Source: Candidatus Altimarinota bacterium
GTDB lineage: Bacteria > Patescibacteriota > Gracilibacteria > UBA1369
NCBI GenBank assembly: GCA_041659405.1
Contig: JBAZYK010000008.1
Span: 52,013-84,012, forward strand
Reading direction: 5' to 3'
DNA length: 32,000 bases
The translations under genes were made by a program, and so were the position numbers. The first letter of the stretch is position 1. Every line of letters begins with the position of its first letter. The notes beneath the pieces were generated by a model. The model saw only the letters and a program-made list of their open reading frames with translations. It ran no database searches and was not told the origin of the DNA. Of this stretch, positions 18,045 through 28,022 are shown one piece after another.

Positions 18045-20609
18045 ATGGACTGGACCCAGATTATAGACGCACTAAAAAAAATAGGCTTATACATACTACA
18101 AAATCCAATTTTTGTTGCCGAACTGATTGTCATCGGAATTATTGGGTTTATATATTTTGTAAAAATAATGCGGTATCTACACATGGTATTGGTAGCTTCC
18201 CGCCATTTGGTCTTTTTAAAAGTCACATTACCGCGTGAGGAATCGCCTAAAGATAAAGATAAAGCCGATGAAAAGGATTTCAAAGAAAAAATTGGAATCA
18301 TGGAACAGTTTTATCGCAATATTCATGAATTGGGTGAATTAAGTTTAAAAAACATGATTAGGACCTGGATTTGGAGGGATGATATTCTTTCCATAGAAAT
18401 AGTCGCAATCAATAAAATTGTTGAATTTTACGTTGTTGTTAATAAACGTTATAGTCAGCTTATTGAAAAGCAAATCACATCATATTACCCAAATGCCGAC
18501 ATTACTCCGGCTCAAGCTTATGACATTCAACCAAAAGGTAATAAGCTGCGATGTTATTATGCCCACTTAAAAAACAAATTTTTCTATCCGATTAAAACCT
18601 ATAAAAATCTTGAAAATGATCCGTTAAATGATCTTACCAATATTTTTTCTAAATTTGAGGACGGTGATATTGGTGTGATCCAAATAATTATCAGACCTAA
18701 AAAAAGCAAGAAATGGAGAAAGAAGGCTGAAAACGCAGCCGCTTTAATGTTTAGTGGTAAAAAACCTGAAGGATTGCGATTACCGGGCTTAGGTTGGCTT
18801 AACAGTCTTTTTGTTGGATTATTGTTCGGTGCCGATAAAGTGGCCAAAGGTGCAGAAGGAGGCGGCCCGGCCGGTCCATACGGCGCAACCTCCGGTTTTG
18901 TAAGATTACTTCAAACTCGTGAAGAAGTAGCCAAACATATTGGTGAAAAAGCCGGTGAAGATGGCTTTGACACTCTGGTCCGCGTTATTGGATCAGGCAA
19001 AACAAAATCACGCGCCAGTGAAATAACCGATAACGTTGCGCTTGGTTTAAATCTATTAAAAGATGCGCAGATGAACTGGTTCCAAACCAGACGTATTATT
19101 TTATTTGATACAATCAATAACTTCTTCATGAAGTTTAATTTCAATAAGAGATTATTGGATACCAACGTGTTTTACCTTGGTGAAAAACAATCAATTTTAG
19201 TGAGTGGTGAATTGGCAACATTGTTTCATTACCCAACCAGCCGCTACAATTACACTCCAATCATCAGATGGCTTGAATATAAAGTATTGCCTGCTCCCGT
19301 GAACGTTCCAACGGAAGGAATCCTTTTGGGCTACAACGTTTATCGCGGCGTTAAAACGCCAATTAGAATGCTTAGAGACGATCGCACCAGACATCATTAT
19401 TGCATAGGTAAATCCGGTTCGGGTAAATCCGTTTTCTTAAGCTGGATGGCCCGCCAGGACATTATTAATGGTGATGGCCTTTGCGTAATTGATCCCCATG
19501 GAGATTTGATCGAAGAGTTAATTCAATTCGTTCCAAAAGAAAGAGCTAAAGATGTGGTGATTTTCAATCCGGCGGATATGGAACGTCCAATGGGTTTAAA
19601 TATTCTGGAAGCCAAAACTCCCGAGCAGCAGGACCTTGCTTCAAGTCAGGCGACCGAAATTTTTATTAAAATATTTGGTGATGAAATCTTTGGTCCGCGT
19701 ATTCAACATTATTTCCGTAACGCCTGTTTGACGCTTATGGAAGACGAAGAAGAAGGTGCAACTTTAATTGATGTTCCCAGAATTTTCGTTGATGACGAGT
19801 TCATGAAGTACAAAGTCAGCAAGGTTAAAAATCCGATTGTGAAATCATTTTGGGAGCATGAATATGCCCATACCGGCGAACGCGAACGTCAGGAAATGAT
19901 TCCATATTTCTCGGCCAAGTTTGGTCCGTTTATCACAAACTCAATCATGAGAAATACGATTGGTCAGCCAAAATCAGCCTTCAATTTTCGTGAAATGATG
20001 GATGAAAAGAAAATTCTTTTGATTAACCTTTCCAAAGGTAAAATCGGTGATTTGAATACCCAGCTTTTGGGGTTGGTAATAGTTGCCCGTCTACAAATGG
20101 CAGCCATGAGCCGCGTTGATATTCCCGAAAAAGATCGTAAAGATTTTTATCTCTATGTGGATGAGTTCCAAAACTTTGCCACAGATTCGTTTTGCTCGAT
20201 CTTGTCCGAAGCACGTAAGTATCATCTTGGCCTAATTATGGCCCATCAGTATATTAAACAGCTGGAAAAAAAGAATGATACTTCCATTCGTGATGCGGTC
20301 TTTGGTAACGTTGGTACCATGATGTCATTTAAGGTTGGTGCCGAAGATGCCGAGTATATGGCAAAAGAATATGCTCCGGTGCTTACGGAACAGGATGTAA
20401 TTGGTATTGCCAACTTCAAAGCCTACATCAAACTGAATATCAAAAATTCAACTTCCAGACCATTTTCGATGGAGACGGTTTACGACATGAGTAAGGCTAA
20501 TCCAAAGATTGGCGAAATCGTTACTCAATATTCACGCATGAAATACGGCCGCAAAAAGGAATTCGTCGACCAGGAAATCTCGGCACGTATTGGCGTTGAT
20601 ATGAGCTAA
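18045..20609 (+). CDS. VirD4/TraD-like type IV coupling ATPase, N-terminally membrane-anchored
   Basis: TM near N-terminus; Walker A CIGKSGSGKSVF, IDPHGDLIEEL, Walker B FYLYVDEFQNF, ARKYHLGLIMAHQY. Confidence 0.85.
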   Translation: MDWTQIIDALKKIGLYILQNPIFVAELIVIGIIGFIYFVKIMRYLHMVLVASRHLVFLKVTLPREESPKDKDKADEKDFKEKIGIMEQFYRNIHELGELSLKNMIRTWIWRDDILSIEIVAINKIVEFYVVVNKRYSQLIEKQITSYYPNADITPAQAYDIQPKGNKLRCYYAHLKNKFFYPIKTYKNLENDPLNDLTNIFSKFEDGDIGVIQIIIRPKKSKKWRKKAENAAALMFSGKKPEGLRLPGLGWLNSLFVGLLFGADKVAKGAEGGGPAGPYGATSGFVRLLQTREEVAKHIGEKAGEDGFDTLVRVIGSGKTKSRASEITDNVALGLNLLKDAQMNWFQTRRIILFDTINNFFMKFNFNKRLLDTNVFYLGEKQSILVSGELATLFHYPTSRYNYTPIIRWLEYKVLPAPVNVPTEGILLGYNVYRGVKTPIRMLRDDRTRHHYCIGKSGSGKSVFLSWMARQDIINGDGLCVIDPHGDLIEELIQFVPKERAKDVVIFNPADMERPMGLNILEAKTPEQQDLASSQATEIFIKIFGDEIFGPRIQHYFRNACLTLMEDEEEGATLIDVPRIFVDDEFMKYKVSKVKNPIVKSFWEHEYAHTGERERQEMIPYFSAKFGPFITNSIMRNTIGQPKSAFNFREMMDEKKILLINLSKGKIGDLNTQLLGLVIVARLQMAAMSRVDIPEKDRKDFYLYVDEFQNFATDSFCSILSEARKYHLGLIMAHQYIKQLEKKNDTSIRDAVFGNVGTMMSFKVGAEDAEYMAKEYAPVLTEQDVIGIANFKAYIKLNIKNSTSRPFSMETVYDMSKANPKIGEIVTQYSRMKYGRKKEFVDQEISARIGVDMS

Positions 20610-20637
20610 AGCATTGCATCCACTGCCTGAATTGCGT

Positions 20638-21222
20638 CTACCACCAAACCTTTTTCCAGCCGACTTTATAAGCGATTACATTTGCTGTTAAATGCAGCAG
20701 GGGAGTTATAATTATAAAAACCAGGCTCGTTTGCCAAAAAGAGCCATATTTAAAATGAACCGGTAAAAATGAGGCAAACAGTACTGCCCCAAGCGCAAAA
20801 TCAATTTGATCAAAAGGTACAAACGGAGCTCCGTCTTTAATGCCCAGGCGTCTTTTAAAGAAACTTTTTATTAGATCCCCCAACAGTGCCCCCAAACCCA
20901 AACTCCCTCCCCAAAAAAGTGATATCACCAGCACTTTAATATAGATTTTGAATTCTGTATTTAGGCCGGCAATCAGCCGCGCCCCCTCAACCACTCCTAT
21001 CATAACAATCAGCGCAGCCAAAAAACCGCCAACAACTCCCGCAAAAAGTCCGCGCCAGGTTTTATGACTTCCAAAAATCTCATTTTTACCGAGCTTTCTT
21101 CCACCATCAATTGGGATAGCCCAACTTTTCAATAAACCCAGCTTATCAAAAAAGATTGGCATCATATTGGCTACATAAGCCGGTAAATAGAACCCAACAG
21201 CTTCTAAAATCAGATTGAGCAT
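20638..21222 (-). CDS. CDP-archaeol synthase (CarS)-like integral membrane cytidylyltransferase
   Basis: YLPAYVANMMPIFF, IDGGR, IFGSHKTWRGL, GDLIKSFFKRRLGIKDGAPFVPFDQIDF motifs of the CarS family. Confidence 0.85.
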   Translation of the reverse strand: MLNLILEAVGFYLPAYVANMMPIFFDKLGLLKSWAIPIDGGRKLGKNEIFGSHKTWRGLFAGVVGGFLAALIVMIGVVEGARLIAGLNTEFKIYIKVLVISLFWGGSLGLGALLGDLIKSFFKRRLGIKDGAPFVPFDQIDFALGAVLFASFLPVHFKYGSFWQTSLVFIIITPLLHLTANVIAYKVGWKKVWW

Positions 21223-21806
21223 CGTAGTTTGTGAAACAGGAATGAGTTTACAATCAACATGTAGATAGAGAAGAAAACCAAGACCGGATCAAAGAAATTG
21301 GCGCCACTGATCAGCATAATCAAAAATAACAAATAGATGATGTATTTGCTCTTAATGACCGGGAAAAATTTAACCTGCTTAAAATTAAGAATAACCAGCA
21401 AAAAAATCATAACGACATAATTCGTCAGATAAAAAGCTCCCCAAAATGCGTCCAGAAAACGGAAATACAACAGTGTCATAAAAACAATCAGGAAACTCAA
21501 ATGATCCGCAGTGGTATCGGTTAAGGAGCCCAACGTAGAAGTCTTGTTAGTAAACCTTGCCAGTGAGCCATCCAATGAATCAAAAACCTGATTCAAAAGT
21601 AAAAACAAAAAAGCCAACCAGATATTAAAAGCAAAAAATAGCGCAAAAATCAGCGCGCAAAAAATTCCAAGATAACTTAATAAATCCGGCGAAAAACGGT
21701 GTTTAGCCAAAATCGCGCAAACCGGTTCAAAAAAACGATCCCGGTAATGCCTGATTCTTAAATAAATCTTCGCTTCTTCCCCGGAGGAAATGTGAAATGG
21801 AACCAT
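21210..21806 (-). CDS. CDP-alcohol phosphatidyltransferase family protein
   Basis: FLLLNQVFDSLDGSLARFTNKTSTLGSLTDTTADHLSF, a DG(x)2AR(x)8G(x)3D(x)3D-type motif in which the last Asp aligns to T/D-rich DTTAD; hydrophobic TM segments. Confidence 0.85.
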   Translation of the reverse strand: MVPFHISSGEEAKIYLRIRHYRDRFFEPVCAILAKHRFSPDLLSYLGIFCALIFALFFAFNIWLAFLFLLLNQVFDSLDGSLARFTNKTSTLGSLTDTTADHLSFLIVFMTLLYFRFLDAFWGAFYLTNYVVMIFLLVILNFKQVKFFPVIKSKYIIYLLFLIMLISGANFFDPVLVFFSIYMLIVNSFLFHKLRCSI

Positions 21807-21826
21807 AAGAAGAGTTTTATTTTACA

Positions 21827-21904
21827 TGGTGGCTGGAGGCAGGATCGAACTGCCGACCTCGGGCTTATGAGTCCCGCGCTCTAACCAGCTGAGCTACCCA
21901 GCCA
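21827..21904 (-). tRNA. tRNA-Met (anticodon CAT; tRNA-Ile2 not excluded)
   Basis: TGGCTGGGTAGCTCAGCTGGTTAGAGCGCGGGACTCATAAGCCCGAGGTCGGCAGTTCGATCCTGCCTCCAGCCACCA; anticodon loop CTCATAA. Confidence 0.93.
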
Positions 21905-21968
21905 CACATATGCGGAGCCATTTTAGGAAGATTTCGCCAAAAACACAAGGGATCAATCAATACTATCC

Positions 21969-22181
21969 TTATTTTGTGAATTCCAGCTTGTATTTGCCAA
22001 CTGCATCAACCGCCGATTTAAACTTATTAAGGTCAAAACCATCTGTATATTCAAGATTTCCAAGGCCGGTCTTAAAATCAACATCACAGTGAGTAATTTC
22101 AGGGAAATCGGTAGCCACATCTTCAATCATGGCTTTGCAGGCATGACAGTCCATTCCGGTTACTTTAAATTGAGTTTTCAT
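21969..22181 (-). CDS. Heavy-metal-associated (HMA) domain protein, CopZ-like
   Basis: 70 aa; FKVTGMDCHACKAMIEDV, an MxCxxC metal-binding motif. Confidence 0.85.
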   Translation of the reverse strand: MKTQFKVTGMDCHACKAMIEDVATDFPEITHCDVDFKTGLGNLEYTDGFDLNKFKSAVDAVGKYKLEFTK

Positions 22182-22202
22182 ATGTGTAAAAGTTAATAAA
22201 TA

Positions 22203-24002
22203 TTAATCAACAACGTTAAATGAAGTTTGGAGAATTCCCATGCTGCAAACGGCATCGACAGTGCCGGTTTGAGTTGGGGTGAAGTTTATAATGTTTTTTC
22301 CAATTTTAAGAAGTTTGGCTACCCCAAATTCCGGAATCACCATTGTGCCCATACACCCGCCCAAATCGACCTGATCATCAACAGTAAGCTCCACCGGAAT
22401 CCCTTTTTTTATGGTAGTCACAGGAGGATCAAAACCACGATCAGCGGTAACAGTTACAGTAATTTTTTGAACGCTAGAGTTGTCCGCGGCAGGATCATAC
22501 GGCTGAGTTTCGGCCTCGAAAATTTTTGGAGTACCTGTGTTTAAAACAATAGCATTTTGGCTATTACTCTGATTGGTATTTTCAATCACATTAAAAATTC
22601 CCGGCGTCATCATTCCCATGGTGCAATTAAACGAAATTTGTCCAACAGAATCAGGCGTAAAATTGATAATTTTGGTGTTATCTCTTGGCAGCAATTCCGT
22701 AAGTCCAAGACTTGGAACAGTAAGAACTTGCCCACAACCGGCGGCCCCCGCATTATAAACACGCCATTCAACCGGTACCCCTTTAACAATCGTAAATTGA
22801 CTTGGAGTATAGGTGTAACCTTTAACATTCATTTCCACAATTTGTTTTCCATTTTCGATTTTTACCGCATTAGATTGAGCCGTGCCGGTTTTAATTGAAT
22901 CAGTTTGTGATTGAACGCCATTGTTATTTCCTCTAAAAAACGAAGTTACCGCCGAAGCATTAAATCCAGCTAAAGCCAAACCATTATTTATATTGAATAA
23001 GCCAAGAATTAACACCAGCACTCCGGAAAACTTTAAGAAATAGCGTTGGAATTTTCCTTCGGCAAAACTGGAAATCGCGCTTAAAGAAAGCAAAGCCGGT
23101 AAAGTCCCAAGTGCGAAAAATAGCATGATCAACGCTCCATCAATAAAATTTCCTCTGCTTATAACGTAAAGCTGTAAAGATTGAGTAAATCCGCAAGGAA
23201 GAAAAAATGTCAGACCTCCCATTAAAAACGGCAATCCTTTGTTTTGCTTATTTTCAAGCTTTAAAATTTTATGACTAATGACTTTTGGCAGCCTTGGCGA
23301 ATATTTATGAAGTCCCGGAAAAAGTTTAAGAATGCGCATTCCCATCAAAATCATAAACAAAGATGCAATAATGCTGACGATTCCGGTAACTCTTGCTGAA
23401 ACGGTAAAAAAGGATCCAAGTCCGCCAAGTAAACCGCCCAAAACCGTATAAGAAACAATTCTTCCCGCATTAAAAAGCAGATGCGGCTTAAGTTTTTCCA
23501 AGTGCGTTTTAGGTTGATAGGTTTCGTTATACTTTGCAGCCAAAGATAAAAGCACACCGCCGGTCACCGCTATACAGCTAGAACTCGCCGCCACAAGGCC
23601 AATCAAAAAGATAAAGCCATAACTCATGTTGGCACTGATACCCAGATTGAAATCAAAAACATTGGCTTGTTTTAGCAAAATATACAAACCAAAAATAATG
23701 ATCAAGATGGCTCCGATTTCCAGATAATCACGTTTTGTATTCCTTGTTTGCGCCTTGGATTTTACACCAGCATTATCAATTCCATCCGCAATAATTTTAT
23801 AACCATCGGCAGCTACAACATTCTGAAATTCCTGCAAAGACGGCTCTGAACCGTCAAAATGAACGACCGCTTTTCCCGATGCTTGATTCACTTTCACGGA
23901 ACTAACTCCCGGAATTTTATGAAATTTTCGTTCAATCAAAACCTCGCAACTTGCGCAAGTCATTCCCTCGATTTTGAGTTCAATTTTATTCTTTTTAGGC
24001 AT
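22203..24002 (-). CDS. Fusion: HMA domain + TauE/SafE (UreH-like) membrane module + two cupredoxin-like domains
   Basis: IEGMTCASCEVLIERKF (HMA); SSSCIAVTGGVLLSLAAKYN...GGLTFFLPCGFTQSLQLYVIS (TM module); two tandem C-terminal beta-rich units ending NCTMGMM and VCSMGI. ORF track extends to 24014 via TTG; ATG at 24002. Confidence 0.85.
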   Translation of the reverse strand: MPKKNKIELKIEGMTCASCEVLIERKFHKIPGVSSVKVNQASGKAVVHFDGSEPSLQEFQNVVAADGYKIIADGIDNAGVKSKAQTRNTKRDYLEIGAILIIIFGLYILLKQANVFDFNLGISANMSYGFIFLIGLVAASSSCIAVTGGVLLSLAAKYNETYQPKTHLEKLKPHLLFNAGRIVSYTVLGGLLGGLGSFFTVSARVTGIVSIIASLFMILMGMRILKLFPGLHKYSPRLPKVISHKILKLENKQNKGLPFLMGGLTFFLPCGFTQSLQLYVISRGNFIDGALIMLFFALGTLPALLSLSAISSFAEGKFQRYFLKFSGVLVLILGLFNINNGLALAGFNASAVTSFFRGNNNGVQSQTDSIKTGTAQSNAVKIENGKQIVEMNVKGYTYTPSQFTIVKGVPVEWRVYNAGAAGCGQVLTVPSLGLTELLPRDNTKIINFTPDSVGQISFNCTMGMMTPGIFNVIENTNQSNSQNAIVLNTGTPKIFEAETQPYDPAADNSSVQKITVTVTADRGFDPPVTTIKKGIPVELTVDDQVDLGGCMGTMVIPEFGVAKLLKIGKNIINFTPTQTGTVDAVCSMGILQTSFNVVD

Positions 24003-24048
24003 ATTAAAATTCAAGAAGAAATAAGATAAGATGTTAAACCCAACTTAT

Positions 24049-24468
24049 CTATTCTTTCTTAACGACAATTCCCGCCAGCGAAGGAGGGGATTTATAAGCC
24101 TCCACCACATGGATGTATAAAAAAGGTCTTTCCAAATTTAAATTTAAATCAAAATTTCTTGCAACAATCGGCACAGCTATAAGCCCTGAAGTACTTTGAA
24201 TTTTGGAATCAACATCCTTTTGGTGCAGATTCACCCCAATACAACAACTCATTTGAGCCAAATCCCGAGTCTTCAATTGACCTTTTGGCATCTGATTACC
24301 CAACATGCCATGATCATGCATACCTTGGTCATGCATGATTTCTTGGCTTTCCACCGACATCGCTTTGGCAACCGGCAATGATCCACCACTAAAATATTGG
24401 AAACAAAAACCGTTCAATCCAAAACTAACCAGGGCCAAAAAAGCAATAAAGATCTTTTTCATGTTCAT
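24049..24468 (-). CDS. Small secreted Met/His-rich protein, putative metal-binding
   Basis: Hydrophobic signal-like N-terminus MKKIFIAFLALVSFGLNGFCF; MHDQGMHDHGM; CC pair; located inside the copper operon. Confidence 0.65.
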   Translation of the reverse strand: MNMKKIFIAFLALVSFGLNGFCFQYFSGGSLPVAKAMSVESQEIMHDQGMHDHGMLGNQMPKGQLKTRDLAQMSCCIGVNLHQKDVDSKIQSTSGLIAVPIVARNFDLNLNLERPFLYIHVVEAYKSPPSLAGIVVKKE

Positions 24469-24489
24469 ATTATAACTTTTAGAGAACTT

Positions 24490-27210
24490 TTATGCAATCC
24501 TGGAGCTGAATTTGGCAAATTCCCAGAACAGAAAGGAAAAGAACAAAATCATGATTACAGGGGCGATTTTCGACAGGTAATTTCTTCTATTTGGCTTAAA
24601 ATAGCGCAATAAGAGTGAATTTGTCACCACGGAAACCGAACTTAATGCCATCGCCAAACCGGCAAGTTCAGGCTTTAAAATCAGTCCCCACCCCATGAAT
24701 ATACGGGCGGCAATTGGGATTCCAATAACATTATAGAAAAGCGCGAAAAACATATTTTGCTTAATTTTAGCCATTGTCTCGCGTGAAAGTTCAATGCTAG
24801 AAACCACATCACGAAGGTCATTTCTAATGATAACGATTCCACCCGTTTCCATGGCCACATCCGTTCCCGAGCCCATCGCAATACCAAGATCGGCCTGTGC
24901 TAAAGCAGGTGCATCATTAATTCCATCACCAACCATGGCGACTTTTTTACCCAACGCCTGGATTTTTTTAACCTCTTCCGCTTTTCCATCAGGCAAAACT
25001 TCAGCAAGAACGTTTTGGATACCCAGTTCGGCGGCAATCGCGCCAGCCGTTCTTTTGTTATCACCGGTGATCATATAAAGCTCAATACCCATCTTTTTAA
25101 GCTTGGAAATAGCTTCTTTTGAGGTTTCCTTGATTGTATCAGCCACAGCGATTAAACCAATGATTTCGTTACCCTGCGCCAGAATCATTACAGTTTTACC
25201 CTGATCTTCAAGTTTTGCAATTTTACGCTCATACTTTCCAATATCCACTTTGGCATAGTCCGCCATCAGCTTACGATTCCCAAAAAAGTAGATGTTTTTC
25301 TGAATAGTTCCATTAACTCCGTGCCCGGGGATCGCCTTAAAATCAGAAACTTCCTCCAAATCCAAGCTTTCTTCCTGCGCATGAGTATAAATTGCTTCCG
25401 CAAGAGGATGCTCTGAAAGCCTTTCCAAAGAGGCGGACATAGTTAAAATGTCATCTTCATCCAATTTACCAAAACTTATAACATCTGTTACCTCCGGTTT
25501 TCCTTTTGTTAGAGTTCCCGTTTTATCAAAAATAATTGTGTTGATTCCCTGAGCGGATTCAAGCGGTTCGCCCCCTTTAATCAAAATTCCATATTCCGCA
25601 CCTTTACCTGTTCCAACCATAATAGCGGTTGGTGTAGCAAGTCCCAAAGCGCACGGACACGCAATTACGATGACAGCTGTAAAAGCAAGGAGAGCAAACG
25701 AAAGTGATGCGCCAAGAATGAAAAACCAAACCAGAAATGTCAGAATGGCAATTCCAATGACCGCAGGAACAAACCATGAAGAAATTTTATCGGCAAACGC
25801 CTGAATTGGAGCCTTGGATCCTTGAGCTTCTTCAATCAAACGAATAATTTGAGCCAAAGTCGTTTCTGCTCCAACACGTGTAGCCTTGAATTCAAACGTG
25901 CCATTTTTATTGATAGTTGCCCCAATAACATTATCTCCGGCATTTTTTTCAACCGGAATACTTTCCCCCGTAACCATCGACTCATCAATCGAAGAATTTC
26001 CTTTTGTGATTACTCCATCCACCGGCACTTTTTCGCCGGGTCGCACCAAAATAATATCATCATGAATAACCTTATCAATTGGAATATCCAGAGTTTCACC
26101 ATTTCTGATTACCCGAGCAGTTTTGGCCTGCAAACCCATCAATTTTTTAATTGCTTCGGAAGTATTTCCTTTTGCCCGAGCCTCTAACCACTTACCTAAA
26201 ATCACAAAGGTAATCAGGAAGGCCGCAGTTTCAAAATAAAGTTCCGGGATCTTTTCACCATTCACGCCAAAGAAAGTTTTATTGGAAACGGCGTAACTCA
26301 CATAATTTATCAAACTATAAAAAAAGGCGGTGGAAGTTCCAATTGCAATCAAACTATCCATATTAAAAGTTTTCATGCGCAAGCTTGACCACATTCCTTT
26401 ATAAAATCCCACGCCCGGCCCAAACTGCACAGGAATCGTCAAAAGCAGCGAAATAATTCCTACGTAAGGCATCAAAACTTCCGCCCCAGGGAGAAACTTA
26501 AAGAAATCCAAAAACATAAAGTAAACCATCGGCAAACTAAATACCAATGAAATCAGAAATTTATTTTTAATGGCATTCAGGTCCGCTTTTTTCCTTTTAT
26601 TTTCTTCTTCAGAATTGGCTTCATTAACAAGATTTGCCGAATACCCGGCCTTTTTTACCGCATTAAACAGGTCATCAAGCGAATTAACATTTTCATCAAA
26701 ATTGACCATAGCCTTTTCCGAACCAAAATTAACATGAGCTTCTTTTACACCGGGAAGCTTTTTAAGAACCCGTTCAATAATCGCCGCGCACGAAGAACAG
26801 TTCATCCCGGAAAGGCCCAGATGCACACGTTTGTTATTTTCTTTTTTTGTAGAAACCACCTCCATCTTTCCATTTAAAGGCGAAGCCACCGACTGCACCT
26901 GCAAAACCGTTGGCTCATTATTTTTACCAATATTTTCAAAAAGATTACTGAAATTCACTGCCTGTAAAAAATTATGAACGAAAGAAGCTGATTTATCATC
27001 TTTTTTATCCAGATGAAACTCCGCAAACTTTTCATTTTTTATTTTGCCTTCAAATTGTGGCTTCCCATTGGCATCCTGAATAATCCGGCCTTCCGCTTCA
27101 ATCCGCGATTCAAGAATAACCTTCAGCGGTTCTCCATTCGCGCTTTGCTTAATTAAAACATTATTCTCCGGCTCCTGAATTGGAGAAGTTTTTGTTGAGT
27201 CTTTTTTCAT
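24490..27210 (-). CDS. copA: Copper-translocating P1B-type ATPase with N-terminal extension
   Basis: [17 protein letters not shown] (HMA), [15 protein letters not shown] (CPC), [37 protein letters not shown]. Confidence 0.93.
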   Translation of the reverse strand: MKKDSTKTSPIQEPENNVLIKQSANGEPLKVILESRIEAEGRIIQDANGKPQFEGKIKNEKFAEFHLDKKDDKSASFVHNFLQAVNFSNLFENIGKNNEPTVLQVQSVASPLNGKMEVVSTKKENNKRVHLGLSGMNCSSCAAIIERVLKKLPGVKEAHVNFGSEKAMVNFDENVNSLDDLFNAVKKAGYSANLVNEANSEEENKRKKADLNAIKNKFLISLVFSLPMVYFMFLDFFKFLPGAEVLMPYVGIISLLLTIPVQFGPGVGFYKGMWSSLRMKTFNMDSLIAIGTSTAFFYSLINYVSYAVSNKTFFGVNGEKIPELYFETAAFLITFVILGKWLEARAKGNTSEAIKKLMGLQAKTARVIRNGETLDIPIDKVIHDDIILVRPGEKVPVDGVITKGNSSIDESMVTGESIPVEKNAGDNVIGATINKNGTFEFKATRVGAETTLAQIIRLIEEAQGSKAPIQAFADKISSWFVPAVIGIAILTFLVWFFILGASLSFALLAFTAVIVIACPCALGLATPTAIMVGTGKGAEYGILIKGGEPLESAQGINTIIFDKTGTLTKGKPEVTDVISFGKLDEDDILTMSASLERLSEHPLAEAIYTHAQEESLDLEEVSDFKAIPGHGVNGTIQKNIYFFGNRKLMADYAKVDIGKYERKIAKLEDQGKTVMILAQGNEIIGLIAVADTIKETSKEAISKLKKMGIELYMITGDNKRTAGAIAAELGIQNVLAEVLPDGKAEEVKKIQALGKKVAMVGDGINDAPALAQADLGIAMGSGTDVAMETGGIVIIRNDLRDVVSSIELSRETMAKIKQNMFFALFYNVIGIPIAARIFMGWGLILKPELAGLAMALSSVSVVTNSLLLRYFKPNRRNYLSKIAPVIMILFFSFLFWEFAKFSSRIA

Positions 27211-27238
27211 GGGGAAAATTGATTATATAATTTATAAA

Positions 27239-27505
27239 TTATTTATTGGAAAGTTTGGTAACCTTTAAAATTTCCTGAATCATCTCTTTTTGCTTTGATT
27301 CATTGTTGGTTTTCATCGCGTCTTTAAAGCAGCAATTTAAATGATTTTCCATCAACATCAAATGGGCGGACTTTAAAAGCCCAACCACGGCCGAATTCTG
27401 CTGCATAACGTCAATACAATATTTGCCTTCTTCAACCATTTTAATGATTTTCTCGAGGTGACTTTTGGCTTTTTTGAAGTTTATTAAGATTTTTTGATCG
27501 GTCAT
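27239..27505 (-). CDS. csoR: CsoR/RcnR-family metal-sensing repressor
   Basis: 88 aa helical; C and HxxxC ligand pattern (YCIDVMQQ...ENHLNCC); first gene of the copper operon. Confidence 0.85.
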   Translation of the reverse strand: MTDQKILINFKKAKSHLEKIIKMVEEGKYCIDVMQQNSAVVGLLKSAHLMLMENHLNCCFKDAMKTNNESKQKEMIQEILKVTKLSNK

Positions 27506-27522
27506 AAAAGTGGATTAAATAG

Positions 27523-27547
27523 ATACCTACACCTATGGTACAGGTAT
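27523..27547. promoter_or_regulatory. Putative CsoR operator palindrome
   Basis: ATACCTACACCTATGGTACAGGTAT: inverted arms ATACCTnnACC / GGTnnAGGTAT, 18 bp upstream of the csoR ATG. Confidence 0.6.
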
Positions 27548-27698
27548 AAATAATCGAAAGCAAGACCATTTTAAAAATTTATCTTTTGACATAGCCGCAG
27601 AGATTGCCGTTTTGGCAGGCACACTCCAATTCCACCGTTCAGGCGTAAACCCGCTGGATATGAAGGATATTTTTAGATTTTCCAAAGGACGATTTAAA

Positions 27699-27994
27699 CT
27701 AGTTCTTTGGTAAAAAGTTTTCACCGGTAATCACACTTTTTCCCGTTTCTGATTCCAATTCTTTTCGGGCATTTTTCCATCTTGAGCTACCATTTTCAGT
27801 TGGTCACATTTTGTGACCAACTCACTTCCTTCGTTCTTGAGGCGGTTTTTCAGGGTAGTCCAATAACTTTTAGCTTTTTTAAAATCCGGTTGTTGAATCA
27901 GCACCCCAACAACATCAATCACCGAAAAATACCACTGCTCATTGTGCCAAGTTTTGCGAATTGTACTTTGTTCAAACGGAATAATATTATTCAT
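27699..27994 (-). pseudogene. BRO-N/DinD-like antirepressor, internally deleted and frame-broken
   Basis: N-terminal frame MNNIIPFEQSTIRKTWHNEQWYFSVIDVVGVL...VAQDGKM, then a typical C-terminal tail ARKELESETGKSVITGENFLPKN* in a different frame. Confidence 0.65.
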
Positions 27995-28022
27995 AATGTT
28001 TTTATAAAAGATAACAATCATC

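Noticed and set aside
24681-25078. ORFs on either strand inside copA
   Set aside because: Shadow ORFs of the strongly supported P-type ATPase frame.
27550-27698. Open frames on both strands (e.g. SFDIAAEIAVLAGTLQFHRSGVNPLDMKDIFRFSKGRFKLVLW on plus)
   Set aside because: Short, without a good start on the plus strand and without a recognised family; could be relic sequence but not supportable.
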